Of a stretch of 51,421 bases of DNA, positions 38,183-47,818 are shown piece by piece (positions within the stretch are counted from its first letter, which is position 1; each line of letters begins with the position of its first letter). The stretch lies in contig JALUYG010000235.1 in NCBI GenBank assembly GCA_027013105.1, positions 1 to 51,421 on the forward strand, in the 5' to 3' direction. The position numbers were made by a program, and so were the translations under genes. The notes beneath the pieces are model-generated. The model searched no databases. It saw nothing but the letters and a program-made list of their open reading frames with translations, and had not been told where the DNA came from. This DNA comes from Mariprofundus sp. GTDB lineage: Bacteria > Pseudomonadota > Zetaproteobacteria > Mariprofundales > Mariprofundaceae.

Positions 38183-39571
38183 TTAAGCCGCCGTTTGCGG
38201 CTCCACCGAACAGAGATGCTCCGGAATCGACTCCTGAGCCGTCATCACCCGCAAATCTTCCGCAGCACGCACAACCGAAACCGTCTGGTCAACATGCACC
38301 ATCACCACATTGGGACGGTATTCAATAAATTGCATCCACTGGGTATTGTTGTATGCGCCGACCTGATTAAATACCAGTGAGTCACCGATATTAACCGGCG
38401 GCAACATCACCGAAGCCCGCATCACATCGATATTCATACAGAGCGGCCCGTACAACACCGTATCCTCCGGCACGCCTTCCAGCACACGCGTCGGCGTCAC
38501 CCGATGATTGTACCAGAAACCGGTAAACAGCAAATTCACACCGGCATCAATCACCACAGAGCGACGACCATCAGGCATGCGCTTATTGGCCACCACGGAT
38601 GTCACCAGTACTTCCGTATCATCCACAATCGCACGGCCGCTCTCCATAATCAGGCGCGGCCTGCCTTTGCCCTGCTGCTCGCGGCCCCGCGTTGCATCAT
38701 TCAGGGCGTTGCAGATCGCTTCGGCATACTGATCCAGACTCGGCACCACCTGTTCCGGCGGCAGGTAGGTGCCTTGCAGTGAGTTCATCGAAGCAAAACC
38801 GCCGCCGATATCAATGCTCTCAATGCGGCAACCTGTCTGCGCCTCCACCTCTTCCATAAAACCGCACATAATGCGCACCTGAGCGGCATAGGCGCGCGGA
38901 TCGAGCACAAACGTGCCCAGGTGGCTGTGCAGACCGGCCAGATTCAGATTCTTGCTATCGCCCAGAATACGCGCTGCATCCATAGCCTGGCCGGATTCGA
39001 TATTAAAGCCGAAGCGGCTCCATGGCTCGGTATAGCCGGTATCGAAATTCAGTCGCATGGTCACATCGACCTGTTTATCCGCAGCTTTGGCCACATCTTC
39101 CAGCAGATAGAGTTCATCGAGATTATCCAGATGAATGCGGCCGCCTTCAGTCACCACGCGTTCCAGAATCGCGCGTTCCTTATGCGGTCCGTTGAACAGG
39201 ATTTTTTCAGCCGGCACGCCCAGGGCGCGGGCTTTTTCATACTCGAACGCCGAGACCACTTCCGCCCATGCGCCCTCCTGATGCAGGGTATTGCAGACTG
39301 CGCCGAGATAGTTGGTTTTGTACGACCAGCTGTAGGTCACATTGCCATAGCGTGTTTCAAAGGCGCGCAGTAATTTACGCACGTTATCCCTTAATCGCTT
39401 TTCAGATAGAATGAATAGCGGCGAGCCGTATTTTTCCAACAACGGTTGAATCGCAACACCTTCAAAGCTATCCTGACATTGCCCGCCGCTGAGGCTGCCA
39501 AATTTATTCAGCGCGCCGATCCTGTGCGGCGTCAGTGTCGGCTTGCTCCATGTTTTCTTATCAGTGCTCAT
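38183..39571 (-). CDS. Fold-III PLP enzyme, diaminopimelate/ornithine decarboxylase-like
   Basis: SYKTN (PLP lysine), SRFG, HSHLG, DIGGGF, ESGR, GPLC, GAY. Confidence 0.88.
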   Translation of the reverse strand: MSTDKKTWSKPTLTPHRIGALNKFGSLSGGQCQDSFEGVAIQPLLEKYGSPLFILSEKRLRDNVRKLLRAFETRYGNVTYSWSYKTNYLGAVCNTLHQEGAWAEVVSAFEYEKARALGVPAEKILFNGPHKERAILERVVTEGGRIHLDNLDELYLLEDVAKAADKQVDVTMRLNFDTGYTEPWSRFGFNIESGQAMDAARILGDSKNLNLAGLHSHLGTFVLDPRAYAAQVRIMCGFMEEVEAQTGCRIESIDIGGGFASMNSLQGTYLPPEQVVPSLDQYAEAICNALNDATRGREQQGKGRPRLIMESGRAIVDDTEVLVTSVVANKRMPDGRRSVVIDAGVNLLFTGFWYNHRVTPTRVLEGVPEDTVLYGPLCMNIDVMRASVMLPPVNIGDSLVFNQVGAYNNTQWMQFIEYRPNVVMVHVDQTVSVVRAAEDLRVMTAQESIPEHLCSVEPQTAA

Positions 39572-40695
39572 GATTCTTCTCCATCATTTTTCGGGGTAGC
39601 GTTATCGTGGTTTGGAACAGTGTGATCGTAAGTTGGAGCATAACCGCCGTACATCGACATCGACTCAAATGTTTCCAGATCGATCACCGTCTCCTGAGCA
39701 TAACGAATCATCATCATGCCTGTTTTTGCCGTTCCCAGTGTCACATCCTGACCTGTTATCAGCTGAACCAGCGCCACCGGCAAATTGCTATCCGCCTCGG
39801 CCGCCAGATATATCCATGCCGGGAAACGCGGGTTGATTTCTATCAACAGGTACTGCCCGTCTTTCTCCTTGAGCATCTCCACTTCCAGCGGCCCGGCCCA
39901 TTGCAGTTCCCGCACCAGCTTGCAGGCATCATCCAGCAGCGTTTTATCTTCAATCGTCACGCACGACCACGCCTTGCCCTTGTCGGTCACTGCCTGTTTG
40001 CGCATCATCACAGAGCCCAGCAGGTTGCCCTTGCCGTCGCCAACTGCCGTCAAATTCACTTCGTGGCCTTCAACATAGCGCTGCACCAGCACCGGATAGC
40101 CCCAACTGGCCGCCACATGCCTGAACGCAGCCGCACCTTCATCGGCATTGCGTACGATCGTGGCATCGTAAAAGATGCCCTTGACCACCATCGGATATTT
40201 CCAGCCATCATCGTGGCAGCGATAGAAGAAATCAGCGCTGGTTATATTTTTGGTTTCCGGATAACGAATGCCCGCGCTATGCGCCAGCTCGCCCAGCCGA
40301 TCCTTGTTACGATCTCGCAACTGGCTGACATCGGGAATCAGCATGGCGATGCCCAGTTGTTCGAATTCGTGGTGTAACCTGGTAAAACTCAACAACTCGG
40401 CATCCAGGCATGGAATCAGCACATCAATCGATTCCTGTTGTTGCACAAAAGCCATGCGCTCCATCAACTGTTGCTCGCCGGCAGAGGGATAGGGCAGCAA
40501 ATAGGATGCATCGCAAATCTCATGCAGGTAGAGGCCGGGATCGAGCACATCATAACCCAGGCCGATAATGCGAATCTGATCGCCGTAATGCAGGCGCAGA
40601 CAGCGCGCCACAGCCAGCCCCGGCCCCGGATTATCCGGTTTGGCATTCATGCCGGTCACGGCAATGGTTAATGGCTTTGGGAGGGCGCCATTCAT
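39568..40695 (-). CDS. ATP-grasp ligase
   Basis: IPCLDAEL, YPMVVKG, VQRYVEG.E, LIEINPRF. Confidence 0.88.
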   Translation of the reverse strand: MNGALPKPLTIAVTGMNAKPDNPGPGLAVARCLRLHYGDQIRIIGLGYDVLDPGLYLHEICDASYLLPYPSAGEQQLMERMAFVQQQESIDVLIPCLDAELLSFTRLHHEFEQLGIAMLIPDVSQLRDRNKDRLGELAHSAGIRYPETKNITSADFFYRCHDDGWKYPMVVKGIFYDATIVRNADEGAAAFRHVAASWGYPVLVQRYVEGHEVNLTAVGDGKGNLLGSVMMRKQAVTDKGKAWSCVTIEDKTLLDDACKLVRELQWAGPLEVEMLKEKDGQYLLIEINPRFPAWIYLAAEADSNLPVALVQLITGQDVTLGTAKTGMMMIRYAQETVIDLETFESMSMYGGYAPTYDHTVPNHDNATPKNDGEES

Positions 40696-41510
40696 GCCAG
40701 GAACTTCCGTAACTGACCGGAAAATTCGGTTACATCACGCTGCACTTCGGCAGGATTGGCATCGAAATCCCGGTTAATGCTGGCCATCAATGCATCGATA
40801 TCATCACTCTGTTGCAGGAATCGCAGAATATACAATCCCACATCATTGGCGGAAAAACTGCGCCCGTTCACCGGATCAAACACAAAGCCACTATCATTTA
40901 GCGCAAGGCGTTGCAGCACATCTCTGGCCGGAAACATCTCCTTGTTCGAGTCGGCTGTTTCCCATGGTAATTGACTCATCAATAACTCCTTTTGCCTGTT
41001 CCTGCCTGTATTGGCGGGATTCCAGGCGCGATATATTTTTTGCATCAGGTGATCCGCCAGCACTTCAGGCGCAATTCCTGAAGGCGCCGAACTCAACAAC
41101 TCTATGCGCAACAACATCACGCGATAGAATTGGGAGCGAAACACATTCAGCTTATCGCGAAGGTAAGGCGTCTCCATGGGCTGGCAGCATAAAAAAGAGA
41201 GCAATGCTTCCTGTTTCAATAACTGCTGAACCACATACATCAAACCGCCGCGTCCACCGGGCATCGCCTCCAGCAACAGGCGCACAGATTCACCTCGCTG
41301 CTCGATCCAGGCTTCCAGCATGGCATCCTTGGATACAAAATGGCGAAACAGAACTCCGTCGGAGATGCCTGATTCCTTCGATACCCGCTGGGTCGTAAGA
41401 AATGCCAGTTGATCCTTGCCTGCTATGCTGTCCAGCGCCTTAAGCACCTGCCTGAAGCGTTGCTTGGCCGTTTCAGTTTTGAACGACAAGCTACCCACAG
41501 CGCGAATCAA
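40692..41510 (-). CDS. TetR-family HTH fused to a C-terminal PqqD/RRE domain
   Basis: TTQRVSKESGISDGVLFRHFVSKD (TetR HTH); C-terminal LALNDSGFVFDPVNGRSFSANDVGLYILRFL...RDVTEFSGQL (PqqD-like three strands + three helices). Start uncertain (TTG 41510 or GTG 41498). Confidence 0.8.
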   Translation of the reverse strand: MIRAVGSLSFKTETAKQRFRQVLKALDSIAGKDQLAFLTTQRVSKESGISDGVLFRHFVSKDAMLEAWIEQRGESVRLLLEAMPGGRGGLMYVVQQLLKQEALLSFLCCQPMETPYLRDKLNVFRSQFYRVMLLRIELLSSAPSGIAPEVLADHLMQKIYRAWNPANTGRNRQKELLMSQLPWETADSNKEMFPARDVLQRLALNDSGFVFDPVNGRSFSANDVGLYILRFLQQSDDIDALMASINRDFDANPAEVQRDVTEFSGQLRKFLA

Positions 41511-41513
41511 AAA

Positions 41514-41531
41514 TGAGAGTATTTACTTTCA
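41514..41531. promoter_or_regulatory. Candidate TetR operator
   Basis: Imperfect palindrome TGAGAGTA-TT-TACTTTCA immediately upstream of the TetR gene. Confidence 0.45.
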
Positions 41532-41593
41532 CAAGCCTTTTATTGAACTCCTTCATCATGTACTTCAGCTTCACCTGACGTAAACGCATCCAC

Positions 41594-41806
41594 TCAATCC
41601 TGCACAAGCGTGTAGCCGACCTCTTGCAGAACTCGGACTGCTTCTGATGGCTGAAAGTCTGATCGGACACTTAATATCAGTTTGCCTGTTTTAAAACTGG
41701 CTCTGGCATCATAAACACTCTCCAGTTTCAGCAATTGTTTGCGCACTGTCGCTTCGCAACCTGCACACTTCATATCTGTAATTTTCATAAAAATATCTGT
41801 AACCAT
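41594..41806 (-). CDS. HMA-domain metal chaperone (CopZ-like)
   Basis: MKCAGC motif, 70 aa, RBS GGAGG. Confidence 0.85.
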   Translation of the reverse strand: MVTDIFMKITDMKCAGCEATVRKQLLKLESVYDARASFKTGKLILSVRSDFQPSEAVRVLQEVGYTLVQD

Positions 41807-41900
41807 CTGACCTCCAAAAAACACGTTAACCCCATTCGTCTGCATAACTGCATATTACCGTTACAAAAACACTGGCATTCACCTCAATAGACACCGTGAT

Positions 41901-42533
41901 TCACAACCATAGATTCAAATCGAAATGAACCATCACTGCCCTGAGAATGTCGCTGCGGGTGATGATGCCAAGCAACTGTCCCTGATCGGCTACAGGCATG
42001 GCTCCGATACGTTGCTCGACAAACAGTCTGGCAATATGGCGCGCGTCGGTATGCAACTCTGCACTCAATACGGGTGAGATCATGATGCTTTCAATCAAAA
42101 TATGTTGTTTATCATTGGAGCAAGAGATGCATTCGGCAGTTGAATTGCATCGACATCGTAAAATATCTCTGTCCGAAACCATGCCGACAAGCCGGTAGTC
42201 CTGAGACAGAACAGGAATATGCCGAAAAGAGCTCGCATCGATCATATGTAGCGCCGCATCAACAGACGCATGCGATTGCAATGAAACAACGGGCTCCGTC
42301 ATGATTTGCGATGCCTTGAGCGCCGGAGATCGACTGCTGACAGAGTTGGCGGCCTGATACTGCTGCTTCGCCATAACCGAACGAAAAGCCGAATATTGAG
42401 AAGAACCTGCAGCCCCCTCCTCCTCGACCGCTTGCTTCGGTGCAACCGGAACAGCTTTCTTTACACCCGGTTGTACAAACAGTTTCTCCAGCGGAACAGG
42501 GTTTGTGATACCGGGTCCATATACAGTAAACAT
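41901..42533 (-). CDS. CBS-domain pair protein
   Basis: IMTEPV..RHIPV..GMVSDRD and IGAMPV..GIITRSD; Cys cluster CRCNSTAECISC between the domains. Confidence 0.88.
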   Translation of the reverse strand: MFTVYGPGITNPVPLEKLFVQPGVKKAVPVAPKQAVEEEGAAGSSQYSAFRSVMAKQQYQAANSVSSRSPALKASQIMTEPVVSLQSHASVDAALHMIDASSFRHIPVLSQDYRLVGMVSDRDILRCRCNSTAECISCSNDKQHILIESIMISPVLSAELHTDARHIARLFVEQRIGAMPVADQGQLLGIITRSDILRAVMVHFDLNLWL

Positions 42534-42539
42534 AGTCAG

Positions 42540-43298
42540 TTATTGAACCGAAGGTGAAAAAGCACCTTCGATATCGGCCAGAGCCGGAAACCAGTCAATC
42601 AGCCACCCGGAAATCATGCTGAAGCTGCCGAGAAAGATCATCATACCGACCACAATCAACAACCCTCCAGCCAGTTTTTCTATGACTGAAAAATACTGTT
42701 TAAAGCCCTGTGACCAACGCAGGAAGGAATCGGTGGCCAGCGCAGCCAGTAAAAATGGAATGGCCAGCCCCAACGAATAAGCCAGCAGCAGCGTGATGCC
42801 GTGCATCAACTCGCTTTGAACGCCGGCAACCGCGAGAATCGCACCGAGAATGGGGCCGATGCAGGGCGTCCAGCCGAACGCAAATGCCGCACCCAGAATT
42901 AGTGCGCCGATACCGTGCCTGGCATCAACGCCTTTGGCCTCAAAACGCGCCTCCATCATCAACAGCGGAATTCGGATCAGGCCGATATAGTGAAGGCCGA
43001 ATACGACAATAATTGCTCCTGCAATTTTACCGAGTATATCCATATGCATCAGCAGCCACTGCCCCAACAGCGTGGCCGATACCCCCAGCGCAATAAAGAT
43101 CAGACTAAAGCCGGATACAAACCATGCAGATTGCATCAGTGCGCGCCGCCTGATGCTGTTTGATTCCTGCTGACGCAATTCATTTACTGAAACGCCGGAA
43201 ATATACGACAGATATGCCGGCACCAGCGGCAGTACGCAAGGCGACAGAAACGATAATAGCCCTGCAATCAGGGCTCCTGCCAATGTAACTTCAATCAT
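42540..43298 (-). CDS. ccdA: CcdA/DsbD-type transmembrane electron transporter
   Basis: SFLSPCVLPLVP and FGWTPCIGPIL. Confidence 0.9.
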   Translation of the reverse strand: MIEVTLAGALIAGLLSFLSPCVLPLVPAYLSYISGVSVNELRQQESNSIRRRALMQSAWFVSGFSLIFIALGVSATLLGQWLLMHMDILGKIAGAIIVVFGLHYIGLIRIPLLMMEARFEAKGVDARHGIGALILGAAFAFGWTPCIGPILGAILAVAGVQSELMHGITLLLAYSLGLAIPFLLAALATDSFLRWSQGFKQYFSVIEKLAGGLLIVVGMMIFLGSFSMISGWLIDWFPALADIEGAFSPSVQ

Positions 43299-43371
43299 TC
43301 AGGCCACCTCGCCATAACGACAAGTTTGTTGATCTGCATCCATTGATGTCTCCTTTTTTCGACTATTTCCT

Positions 43372-45963
43372 TTACAGCTTCGCACTACGTAATCGTAGCG
43401 CATTGGCAATCACCGACACCGATGAGAAACTCATTGCAGCAGCGGCAATGATTGGCGAAAGCAGTATGCCGAATACAGGGTAGAGCACGCCGGCAGCAAT
43501 CGGAACGCCGGCGGAGTTGTAGATAAAGGCAAAAAACAGATTCTGGCGGATATTTCTCATTGTCGCGCGCGATAATCTGCGGGCGCGCACAATGCCGGTC
43601 AGTTCGCCTTTCACCAGAGTCACCCCGGCTGATTCCATTGCCACATCGGCGCCTGTGCCCATGGCAATACCAACATGCGCCTGAGCCAGTGCCGGCGCAT
43701 CGTTGATGCCATCACCGGCCATGGCCACGGTTTTTCCTTCCGATTGAAGTTTCTTCACTACTGCCGCTTTCTGATCGGGCAAGACATCGGCCTCGAAACG
43801 AATGATACCCAGTTTTTCAGCCACAGCCGCAGCAGTGTTATGGTTGTCTCCGGTCAGCATCACCACATCTACACCTTCATCATTCAATGCCCTGATGGCA
43901 TCCGGTGTGGAGGTCTTAATCGGATCGGATACGCCGATCAAACCGGCAAGTTGCCTGTCCACAGCCAGATACATCACAGTTTCACCACCAAGTTGGCGCT
44001 TTTTTACCACGCCTTCTGCATCGGATATATTCACATTATTATCCTGCATTAGTGTTGCATTGCCCAACAGCACAGCTTTTCCAGCCACGCTGGCGCCAAC
44101 TCCCTTGCCGGTGATGGCGGCAAACCCCTCCACAAACTCTGGCTCCAGCCCTTTCGCTTTCGCACCAGTCACAATGGCTTCCGCCAGAGGGTGCTCACTG
44201 GCGCGTTCTAAACTGGCCGCCCAGCGCAACAACTGATCTTCTTCGATGTCACCCACAATCTCGACAGTAGTCAGTGTCGGCTTACCTTCCGTCAGCGTAC
44301 CGGTTTTATCCACTACAACCGTATCCACCTTTTCCATGATCTCCAACACTTCTGCATTTTTGATCAGCACGCCGGCAGTAGCTCCTCGCCCGGCGCCAAC
44401 CATAATGGAGATCGGCGTGGCCAGCCCGAGCGCACAGGGGCAAGCGATAATCAGCACGGCCACAGCATTGACGATGGCATGTGCCAAACGTGGCTCCGGT
44501 CCGACCAGTATCCATACAGCAAATGTAACCAAAGCGATTCCGACCACAGCTGGCACAAAATAACCGGCTACGGTATCGGCCATTTTCTGGATCGGCGCAC
44601 GCGAGCGCTGGGCATCGGCTACCATGTTGACGATCTGAGACAACAGTGTGTCAGCGCCGACCTTTTCGGCCCGCATCAGCAGTGATCCGTTTGCATTGAC
44701 GGTAGCGCCGATCAGTTTGTCACCGGGCTGTTTCTCTACCGGTAGCGGCTCGCCGGTGACCATCGATTCATCGACATTGCTTTCACCCTCGGTAACTACG
44801 CCATCGACCGGCACCTTTTCACCGGGACGGATACGCAGCACATCACCCGTTACGACATCTCCCAGTGGCACATCAACTTCCGTTCCATCTTCATTGACAC
44901 GCCGCGCTGTTTTGGGAGCCATTCCCAATAACATTTTGATTGCTTCATTGGTGCGTGAGCGAGCACGCAGTTCCAGAACCTGGCCCAGCAGCACCAGTAC
45001 GGTAATGACAGCACCTGCTTCAAAATAGACATCCACAAGCCCGCCTTCCATCTGCATCACCGGAGGGAAAATATCTGGCACAAGCAACGCCACGACACTA
45101 TAAATCCATGCCACACCGATACCCAGGCCAACCAGCGTAAACATGTTCAGATTCCATGTTTTGACAGATCGGGCAAACCGTTCAAAGAATGGCCATCCAC
45201 CCCATAGAATGACCGGTGTGGCCAGTATGAATTCGATCCATTGCACCGTACCAATGCTTAAGCCCGGTGGCAGCCATGACGGCGCCAGATCGGCCACCAT
45301 GGCCAGTACAAACACAGGTAGAGCCAAGGCCGTACTGATTTTGAGACGCAGGCTCATATCAATCAGTTCAGGATTTTTCTCGCCCAGATCGATGATCCGC
45401 GCTTCCAGCGCCATGCCGCATTTCGGGCACGATCCCGGCGCATCGCTGATCACCTCCGGATGCATCGGACAGACATATTCGGTTTTCTGATTCAGTTGTG
45501 GTGACGCCATCGGTTCCAGCGCCATGCCACACACCTTGCAGGTTCCCGGCCCCTGCTGCTCCTGACCCGGACACATCGGGCAAAAATACATGGCATCCGG
45601 ATTATCCGGCTGCGTCTTTTTTTGGGCATGATGATGTTCACAGGCCTGATCCTTGCCTTCATAGGTGACCGGGTCGTCGGTAAATTTTTGTACGCAATGC
45701 TGACTGCAGAAATAGTAATCGTGCTCACCATGATGGAGATGATTGGATGATGCACGGCTGACTTTCATACCGCAAACCGGGTCGTGAGTACAATCGTCAC
45801 CCAGATAATCTTCGGGGCTACCATTAAATTTTTTCAGACAAGAGGCGCTACAAAAACGATAATCCACACCGCGAAAGCTACGCTCATGCTCACTGCCATC
45901 ATTCACTTCCATGCCACAAACCGGATCAATATTCACAACAACCTCCTTTTGACTTGTCTGCAT
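43372..45963 (-). CDS. copA: Cu(I)/Ag(I)-translocating P1B-ATPase with two YHS and two CPM-type N-terminal domains
   Basis: DPVCGM x2, YFCPMC and YVCPMHP, TGE, CPC, DKTGT, HP, GDGIND, YN, MSFSS. Confidence 0.93.
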   Translation of the reverse strand: MQTSQKEVVVNIDPVCGMEVNDGSEHERSFRGVDYRFCSASCLKKFNGSPEDYLGDDCTHDPVCGMKVSRASSNHLHHGEHDYYFCSQHCVQKFTDDPVTYEGKDQACEHHHAQKKTQPDNPDAMYFCPMCPGQEQQGPGTCKVCGMALEPMASPQLNQKTEYVCPMHPEVISDAPGSCPKCGMALEARIIDLGEKNPELIDMSLRLKISTALALPVFVLAMVADLAPSWLPPGLSIGTVQWIEFILATPVILWGGWPFFERFARSVKTWNLNMFTLVGLGIGVAWIYSVVALLVPDIFPPVMQMEGGLVDVYFEAGAVITVLVLLGQVLELRARSRTNEAIKMLLGMAPKTARRVNEDGTEVDVPLGDVVTGDVLRIRPGEKVPVDGVVTEGESNVDESMVTGEPLPVEKQPGDKLIGATVNANGSLLMRAEKVGADTLLSQIVNMVADAQRSRAPIQKMADTVAGYFVPAVVGIALVTFAVWILVGPEPRLAHAIVNAVAVLIIACPCALGLATPISIMVGAGRGATAGVLIKNAEVLEIMEKVDTVVVDKTGTLTEGKPTLTTVEIVGDIEEDQLLRWAASLERASEHPLAEAIVTGAKAKGLEPEFVEGFAAITGKGVGASVAGKAVLLGNATLMQDNNVNISDAEGVVKKRQLGGETVMYLAVDRQLAGLIGVSDPIKTSTPDAIRALNDEGVDVVMLTGDNHNTAAAVAEKLGIIRFEADVLPDQKAAVVKKLQSEGKTVAMAGDGINDAPALAQAHVGIAMGTGADVAMESAGVTLVKGELTGIVRARRLSRATMRNIRQNLFFAFIYNSAGVPIAAGVLYPVFGILLSPIIAAAAMSFSSVSVIANALRLRSAKL

Positions 45964-46023
45964 CCCACCGGCGTAGCCCCCTTGGCAAACGCGCGATCAA
46001 TATCACTTATGTACAAATTGGCG

Positions 46024-47301
46024 TTAAAATCCTCTTAATTCCACTGACCGCAGCACTCGCATCACCGCTAATTGATAGGCTGCTGTGCGCAAATCCACAT
46101 GGCTCTTTTCAGAAAGATTACGAACCTCGACATAGGCCTGAGATAAACATGCCTCCATCCGTTGCTGCACTGTATCTCTATCCCATGCAAAGCGTTGGAC
46201 ATTTTGAACCCACTCAAAGTAAGAGGCGATAACACCGCCTGAATTGGCCAAAATATCAGGAACGACAGCAATACCTCTTGCCCTTAATTTATCATTCGCC
46301 ATATGTGTGACGGGCATATTCGCGGCTTCTATAATGATTTTAGCATTGATGGTTGATTCATTTTCGCAATTGATAGTTCCTTCCATTGCAGCAGGAATGA
46401 GAGCATCACAGGGCAGTGTCAACAACTGTTCATTCGAGATACTTTCTGCGTGAGGGAATCCTTTTAAGCCGTTATTTTTCAGGGCAAATTGCATGGCAGA
46501 TACAATGTCTATCCCATTTTCATTAAACAGCGCACCATCAACATCTGAAATCCCGGTAACCCGCGCACCCATGGACTGAAGACGCAATGCTGCATACGAG
46601 CCAACGTTGCCAAATCCCTGAACAATTACTGCTGCATCTTTTAGCGGAAGGCCCAAATCATCAAATGTCTGCGCGGTCACAAAAGCAACACCACTACCGG
46701 TTGCTTCCAATCGCCCTTGCAGCCCACCCAGGTCAATTGGCTTTCCCGTTACCACCCCCGGCGTATATCCATTAAATTTACTGTATTCATCAAAAATCCA
46801 TGCCATGACCTGGGGATTGGTATTCATATCAGGCGCTGGGATATCTTTATCGACCCCAAACACAGGGGCCATCTTTTGTGCAAACCTCCGTGTCAATACT
46901 TCAAGTTCGCCTACCGATAACCTGGATGGATCAACCGTAATTCCACCTTTAGCTCCACCAAATGGAATATCAACAAGAGCCGTTTTCCACGTCATCAATT
47001 GTGCCAAAGCTCGAATCTCAGAGATATTCACATCAGGGTGGAACCGCAGTCCACCTTTAAATGGCCCGCGAGCATGGTTGTGCTGCACACGGTAACCGGT
47101 AAAGGTGTGTAACGTCTCTTCCCCATCGTGATACACTTTCAATGGTATTTGCACCGACACCTCGCGAAATGACTGAAGTAACAATTCCTGTTGTGATAGC
47201 GATAACTCCAATTGTTCGACTGCGCGATCAAAAAAGACTGCCTGGCTATCATGACAACAACACCCCTTTTGGGAATCAGTCGCTTGCATCTTCTTTTTCA
47301 T
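46024..47301 (-). CDS. Glu/Leu/Phe/Val dehydrogenase (glutamate dehydrogenase-like)
   Basis: RGPFKGGLRFHP, GGAKGG, PAPDMNT, QGFGNVG, ASYFEWVQN. Start trimmed to 47301. Confidence 0.92.
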   Translation of the reverse strand: MKKKMQATDSQKGCCCHDSQAVFFDRAVEQLELSLSQQELLLQSFREVSVQIPLKVYHDGEETLHTFTGYRVQHNHARGPFKGGLRFHPDVNISEIRALAQLMTWKTALVDIPFGGAKGGITVDPSRLSVGELEVLTRRFAQKMAPVFGVDKDIPAPDMNTNPQVMAWIFDEYSKFNGYTPGVVTGKPIDLGGLQGRLEATGSGVAFVTAQTFDDLGLPLKDAAVIVQGFGNVGSYAALRLQSMGARVTGISDVDGALFNENGIDIVSAMQFALKNNGLKGFPHAESISNEQLLTLPCDALIPAAMEGTINCENESTINAKIIIEAANMPVTHMANDKLRARGIAVVPDILANSGGVIASYFEWVQNVQRFAWDRDTVQQRMEACLSQAYVEVRNLSEKSHVDLRTAAYQLAVMRVLRSVELRGF

Positions 47302-47305
47302 ATTC

Positions 47306-47806
47306 TTACCCCTTTGCCGGTGGCTTGTTGCAGCATGCTGCATCGCCTGCCGCCAGATTATCCAACTCATTTTCTTCCGTGAAATTTACCCACCCGCGTT
47401 TAAGCCGCTCCGCCCAACCGGCCCCCATCTCGGCGCCGGCCTGCGCCAACACTGCTTCGATCTGTCCGGCATTGATTTCGAGCAGGTTGTAGTCAATAGA
47501 TAGCTCGTCGCCTTCGATGCTGACATTGCGAACACTCATCAGCTGATTCAACGCTGTCAGAAGATCTTCGCGTCGCATGCCTGCAATCGGTCGATCCAGT
47601 TTGAACTTGCGGCGTTTGATGATCGCCCTGCCCTCACGCATCGGTGGCTCTTTACCGATGTATAGCGCGGGCCTGGCCAGGAAATTTTCCCTGCACTGCA
47701 CTGTACAAAAGTGATATGTGATACCCAGGTGATCGGCCAGGATATTCAAATCAGCGGCATTCATCCCGCAGACCGGACAGGTAGTATGTGCATTGTATTC
47801 AGCCAC
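47306..47806 (-). CDS. YHS-domain protein with HMA-like C-terminal domain
   Basis: CPVCGM..YHFCTVQC; C-terminal CCNKPP. Confidence 0.8.
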   Translation of the reverse strand: MAEYNAHTTCPVCGMNAADLNILADHLGITYHFCTVQCRENFLARPALYIGKEPPMREGRAIIKRRKFKLDRPIAGMRREDLLTALNQLMSVRNVSIEGDELSIDYNLLEINAGQIEAVLAQAGAEMGAGWAERLKRGWVNFTEENELDNLAAGDAACCNKPPAKG

Positions 47807-47818
47807 CTCATCCGCCCC

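Noticed and set aside
38183-39571. Naming the gene lysA
   Set aside because: Divergent motifs (SYKTN, CMNID rather than CESGD), an N-terminal extension and operon context; the substrate is unknown.
41532-41593. Standalone RiPP precursor gene next to the RRE operon
   Set aside because: No convincing small ORF with RBS and leader motif found here or in the operon gaps; a distant precursor cannot be excluded.
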